Below the pieces are notes generated by a model. That model did not search any database and was not told where the DNA came from. It worked only from the letters and a program-made list of their open reading frames with translations. The translations under genes were made by a program, and so were the position numbers. From assembly GCA_965240325.2 (NCBI GenBank), contig OZ251240.1:806001-870000 (forward strand): a stretch of DNA of 64,000 bases. The letters are read 5' to 3'. This document shows, piece by piece, positions 59,001 through 64,000 of the stretch (positions are counted from its first letter, which is position 1; each line of letters opens with the position of its first letter). Source of the DNA: Rebecca billardiae RCC1528. Lineage: Eukaryota; Protista; Haptophyta.

Positions 59001-62000
59001 CGCGTGTGGTGGGAGTAGCGTCGGGCAGCAACACCAATACTATCAATGCAACGCCAGCTTCCAGCGCATGCACCACGAGGGGGGGGGGGGGGGGGGGGGT
59101 CTCGGGGGCGGTTGGTGCTCGCTGCTGCGCGCACAGGTTCGTCAAGCTCGTCAGTGCGCCCACTTCAAAGGGGAGGCTGCCTGTGAGCGAGTTGAGTTCA
59201 AGAGTCCTGTTCACGCGTGTGGTGGGAGTAGCGCCGGGCAGCAACACCAAGATGCACGTCAGCTTCCATGCGGTGTGCATGCGCCACGCGTGGGTGGGGG
59301 AGAGTGAGGCGATCCAGGGGGGCGTGTGGGGCTAGTTGCTGCGCGCACAGGTACCGCAAGCCCGTCAATGCGCCCACTTCGGAGGGGAGGCTGCCTGTGA
59401 GCGAGTTGGATTGGACAGCCCTGTTCACGCGTGTGGTGGGAGTAGCGTCGGGCAGCAACACCAATATGCACGTCAGCTTCCATGCGGTGTGCATGCGCCA
59501 CGCGTGGGTGGGGGGCCGGAGAGTGCTGACATCTCTGGGAGCGATTGGTGCTGCTCACTGCTGCGCGTACATCCATGTGAGGCTCGTCATTGCACCAACT
59601 TCGGAGGGGAGGCTGCCTGTGAGCGAGTTGGAGTAGAGGTACCTGTTCACGCGTGTGGTGGGAGTAGCGCCGGGCAGCCGTCAGCTTCAACGCGGTGTGC
59701 ATGCGCCACACGTGGGTGGGGGGCAGTGCAATGCCATCTCTGGGGGCGGTTGGTGCTCGCTGCTGTACGCACAATACCTCCAAGCCCGTCATTGTGCCCA
59801 CTTCAGAAGGGATGCTGCCTGTGAGCGAGTTGGAGTAGAGGTACCTGTTCATGCGTGTGGTGGGAGTAGCGTCGGGCAGCAACACCAATATGCACGTCAG
59901 CTTGAATGTGGTGTGCATGCGCCACGCGTGGGTGGGGGAGAGTGAGGCGATCTCTAGGGGTGGGTGGGGCTAGTTGCTGCGCACACAGTATCTCCAAGCT
60001 CGCCACCGCGCCCACTTCAGAGGGGAGGCTCCCTGTGAGCAAGTTGGAGGAGACGGACCTGTTCACGCGTGTGGTGGGAGTAGCGTCGGGCAGCAACACC
60101 AATATGCACGTCAGATTCCACACTGTGTGTGTGCGTGCGCCACGCGTGGGTGGGGGAGAGTGAAGCGATCTCTGGGGGCGGGTGGAGCTCGCTGCTGTGC
60201 GCACAATTGCCGCAAGCTCGTCATCGCGCCCACTGCAGGAGGGATGCTCCCTGTGAGCGAGTTGGATACAGATTGCCTGTTTACGTGTGTGGTGGGAGTA
60301 GCGTCGGGCAGCAACACCAATATGCACGTCAGCTTCCATGCGGTGTGCATGCGCCACACGTGGGTGGGGGAGAGTGACGCGATCTCTGGGGGCGGGTGGG
60401 GCTAGTTGCTGCGCGCACAGGTACTGCAAGCTCGTCATTGCGCCCACTTCAGAGGGGAGGCTGCCTGCGAGCGAGTTGTGTTGGACAGCCCTGTTCACGC
60501 GTGTGGTGGGAGTAGCGTCGGGCAGCACCAATAATACCAATGCACGTCAGCTTCCATGCAGTGTGTGTGCTTGCGCCACACGTGGGTGGGGGAGAGTGAA
60601 GCGATCTCTAGGGGTGGTTGTTTGACGCTCGCCGCTGCGCGCACATCATCGTGAGGCTTGCCATTGCGCCCACTTCCGAAGGGATGCTCCCTGTGAGAGA
60701 GTTCCCGTCGAGAAACCTGTCACCAGGCAGCAGCAGGAGGGGGAAATGCCATCAGTCAAGGCAGAGGTGGCCAGATCCACAGGTGGCGCGCAAACTGCGT
60801 ATGCAGCGCAGAGGACTGGGGAGCGCATCGTACATTGACGGCACATTCGCCATGTAGCCGATCTCGGTGGGTATCGTGCCTGTCTTGCCAACAGAGCGGT
60901 ATGAGCTGCACTCGGCCGTATCCAAGCGGGCAGCGCACAAAGCATGATGACGCGCAGGGCAGGCCAGCCAGAGCAGGCGGTTTGTAAGCGCAACGACGCT
61001 GCGCGCGCGCGCGCGCGTGGAGGGGAAGAGGTTGCTCTGCAGTGCTGCGGCAGCCACGCACATGCTGTTTGTCATGCTGTTGCACGCCGGCTCGTTGAAT
61101 GTGCCCGAGTCTGGGAAGCACTGGGGGTAGTCCCCCAGCATCGCATCGCGCAGGCTGGATGACGTGGCGGTCTCGACCTGGGCGAAAAGCGCATATGAGA
61201 TGAGCGTTGCTTTCACGAGCGGCACGTGGCTCGTGCGCGAGGTCGGCCGCCGAGAAAGGCCGGGCGAGGAGACACGCCGACACTGGACCACGTGATGGTA
61301 GAAGAAGGTCAGCAGAAGCCATGCGACGAGCACGCACAGGCAACCAACAATGACCAGCACGTGCCGGGGTGAGAGAGACGTCTGCACCTTGATCATCGCA
61401 CCGACGTGAACAGGCATGCCCACGAGCTCGTGCGACCACGGCGCGTTGATCTTGTGCTCCGTCACCATCGTGTCGGCTGGCGTGCCCGTGAGCGCGTGCG
61501 GCGGCGTCGCGTCGGTCTCGTGCTGCATCATGAACGTGTCGGCCGGCGTGCCCGTGAGCGCGTGCGGCGGCGTCGTGTCGGTCTTGTGCTCCATCACCAT
61601 CGTGTCGGCCGGCATGCCCGTGAGCGCGTGCGGCGGCGGCGCGTTGGTGTCGCGCTGCATCATGAACGTGTCGGCCGGCATGCCCGTGAGCGCGTGCGGC
61701 GGCGGCGCGTTGGTCTCGTGCTGCATCATGAACGTGTCGGCCGGCATGCCCGTGAGCGCGTGCGGCGGCGGCGCGTTGGTCTCGTGCTGCATCATGAACG
61801 TGTCGGCCGGCGTGCCCGTGAGCGCGTGCGGCGGCGGCGCGTTGGTCTCGTGCTGCATCATGAGCATGTCGGCCGGCATGCCCGTGAGCGCGTGCGGCGG
61901 CGGCGCGTTGGTCTTGTGCTCCGTCACCAGCGTGTCGGCCGGCATGCCCGTGAGCGCGTGCGGCAGCGGCGCGTCGGTGTTGCGCTGCATCATGAACGTG

Positions 62001-64000
62001 TCGGCGGGCATGCCCGTGAGCGCGTGCGGCGTCGGCGCGTCGGTCTCGTGCTGCATCATGAACGTGTCGGCCGGCATGCCCGTGAGCGCGTGCGGCGGCG
62101 GCGCGTCGGTCTTATGCTCCGTCACCAGCGTGTCGGCCGGCATGCCCGTGAGCGCGTGCGGCGGCGGCGCGTTGGTGTCGCGCTGCATCATGAACGTGTC
62201 GGCCGGCATGCCCGTGAGCGCGTGCGGCGGCGGCGCGTTGGTCTCGTGCTGCATCATGAACGTGTCGGCCGGCATGCCCGTGAGCGCGTGCGGCGGCGGC
62301 GCGTTGGTCTCGTGCTGCATCATGAACGTGTCGGCCGGCGTGCCCGTGAGCGCGTGCGGCGGCGGCGCGTCGGTCTTACGCTCCGTCACCAGCGTGTCGG
62401 CGGGCATGCCCGTGAGCGCGTGCGGCAGCGGCGCGTCGGTGTTGCGCTGCATCATGAACGTGTCGGCGGGCATGCCCGTGAGCGCGTGCGGCGGCGGCGC
62501 GTTGGTCTCGTGCTGCATCATGAGCATGTCGGCCGGCATGCCCGTGAGCGCGTGCGGCGGCGGCGCGTTGGTGTCGCGCTGCATCATGAACGTGTCGGCC
62601 GGCATGCCCGTGAGCGCGTGCGGCGGCGGCGCGTCGGTCTCGTGCTGCATCATGAACGTGTCGGCCGGCATGCCCGTGAGCGCGTGCGGCGGCGGCGCGT
62701 TGGTCTCGTGCTGCATCATGAACGTGTCGGCCGGCGTGCCCGTGAGCGCGTGCGGCGGCGGCGCGTTGGTGTCGCGCTGCATCATGAACGTGTCGGCCGG
62801 CATGCCCGTGAGCGCGTGCGGTGGCGGCGCGTCGGTCTCGTGCTGCATCATGAACGTGTCGGCCGGCATGCCCGTGAGCGCGTGCGGCGGCGGCGCGTTG
62901 GTCTCGTGCTGCATCATGAACGTGTCGGCCGGCGTGCCCGTGAGCGCGTGCGGCGGCGGCGCGTCGGTCTTACGCTCCGTCACCAGCGTGTCGGCCGGCA
63001 TGCCCGTGAGCGCGTGCGGCGGCGGCGCGTTGGTCTCGCGCTGCATCATGAACGTGTCGGCCGGCATGCCCGTGAGCGCGTGCGGCGGCGGCGCGTTGGT
63101 CTCGTGCTGCATCATGAACGTGTCGGCCGGCATGCCCGTGAGCGCGTGCGGCGGCGGCGCGTCGGTCTTATGCTCAGTCACCAGCATGTCGGCCGGCATG
63201 CCCGTGAGCGCGTGCGGCGGCGGCGCGTTGGTCTCGTGCTGCATCATGAACGAGTCGGCCGGCGTGCCCGTGAGCGCGTGCGGCGGCGGCGCGTTGGTCT
63301 CGTGCTGCATCATGAGCATGTCGGCCGGCGTGCCCGTGAGCGCGTGCGGCGGCGGCGCGTCGGTCTCGTGCTGCATCATGAACGTGTCGGCCGGCATGCC
63401 CGTGAGCGCGTGCGGTGGGGTCGCGTCGGTCTTGTGCTGCATCATGAACGTGTCGGCCGGCATGCCCGTGAGCGCGTGCGGCGGCGGCGCGTTGGTCTTG
63501 TGCTCCGTCACCAGCGTGTCGGCGGGCATGCCCGTGAGCGCGTGCGGCAGCGGCGCGTCGGTGTTGCGCTGCATCATGAACGTGTCGGCGGGCATGCCCG
63601 TGAGCGCGTGCGGCGTCGGCGCGTCGGTCTCGTGCTGCATCATGAACGTGTCGGCCGGCATGCCCGTGAGCGCGTGCGGCAGCGGCGCGTCGGTCTTATG
63701 CTCCGTCACCAGCGTGTCGGCCGGCATGCCCGTGAGCGCGTGCGGCGGCGGCGCGTCGGTCTTACGCTCCGTCACCAGCGTGTCGGCGGGCATGCCCGTG
63801 AGCGCGTGCGGCAGCGGCGCGTCGGTGTTGCGCTGCATCATGAACGTGTCGGCGGGCATGCCCGTGAGCGCGTGCGGCGGCGGCGCGTTGGTCTCGTGCT
63901 GCATCATGAGCATGTCGGCCGGCATGCCCGTGAGCGCGTGCGGCGGCGGCGCGTCGGTCTTACGCTCCGTCACCAGCGTGTCGGCGGGCATGCCCGTGAG
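45796..64000 (-). CDS. Giant polycystin-1-like receptor (>5000 aa; 5' end may lie beyond the window): 22-aa repeats - hydrophobic segments - Cys cap - 16 LRR exons - Ser/Pro stalk - IPT/TIG-like - REJ - EGF-like - GPS - ~5 TM
   Basis: Frame-consistent GT-AG splicing: >=64000-61062, 60905-60834, 14 x 72-nt exons, 57679-57599, 57367-48227, 48110-48016, 47876-45796. Spliced GPS CHFWNETSALWSAEGC...CVCDHLTDF; REJ-like NRSPFGGVLAVSP...FALSASGWTDD..DLPLRYQF. Confidence 0.82.
54540..57290 (-). repeat. Ser-Pro3/4 (extensin/HRGP-like) coding tract with a 90-bp (30-aa) tandem unit, perfect over ~55680-56850
   Basis: The sequence repeats with an exact 90-bp period. Confidence 0.95.
57599..60905 (-). repeat. 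LRR exon-intron cassette array: 72-nt exons at 60645-60716, 60419-60490, 60205-60276, 59987-60058, 59773-59844, 59571-59642, 59349-59420, 59135-59206, 58922-58993, 58708-58779, 58492-58563, 58278-58349, 58064-58135, 57836-57907; capped by 60834-60905 (72 nt) and 57599-57679 (81 nt)
   Basis: Each exon lies between ...CAG and GT(G/A)..., is phase 2-2, and encodes xxxxNxLxGx(I/L)PxxVGxxxxLxx. The 14 introns of 130-156 nt are mutually homologous. Confidence 0.93.
61430..64000 (-). repeat. 66-bp (22-aa) coding minisatellite, ~39 units, Met/His/Pro-rich
   Basis: MPADT(FMMQ/LVTE)(H/R)xT(N/D)APPPHALTG units in one uninterrupted frame. Confidence 0.95.

Noticed and set aside
57680-60716. CRISPR-like appearance (conserved repeats alternating with variable 72-nt units)
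   Set aside because: The repeats are 130-156-nt GT-AG introns and the 'spacers' are homologous LRR-coding exons; no cas genes are present.
57599-60905. Diversity-generating retroelement as the source of LRR variation
   Set aside because: No reverse transcriptase or template repeat is visible, and the variation is not restricted to adenines.

Overview
Very GC-rich, intron-containing eukaryotic DNA with GT-AG and at least one GC-AG intron. The style resembles a haptophyte-like unicellular alga (inference only). No rRNA, tRNA or CRISPR was seen. The left half holds housekeeping genes (MsrB, SPFH/band-7, NBP35/NUBP1, ferredoxin-MBL hydrolase, BolA, tocopherol-cyclase-like, sulfotransferase-like) and a Sel1-repeat/MYND gene. 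These are interleaved with non-autonomous mobile DNA: a Helitron2-like family with asymmetric ends (3 complete copies plus diverged ends), two foldback elements with CA(A/G)GGG termini (one with a 7-bp TSD), and a retro-insertion with a 12-bp TSD. The right half looks like a sensing/recognition locus: a small secreted LRR protein, an LRR-TRP-like channel gene head-to-head with a membrane ankyrin-repeat gene, and a giant (>5000 aa, 5' end may lie outside the window) polycystin-1-like REJ/GPS receptor. The standout feature is in that giant receptor. Its LRR domain is built from a tandem array of 14 homologous cassettes, each a 72-nt phase-2 exon encoding exactly one LRR followed by a near-identical 130-156-nt intron. 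Protein variation is concentrated at the ligand-contacting beta-strand positions on either side of the splice junctions, and any exon-to-exon join keeps frame and yields L/M/I at the junction codon. This is a candidate diversity-generating (exon-shuffling or combinatorial-splicing) receptor system; the small LRR gene uses the same exon design.
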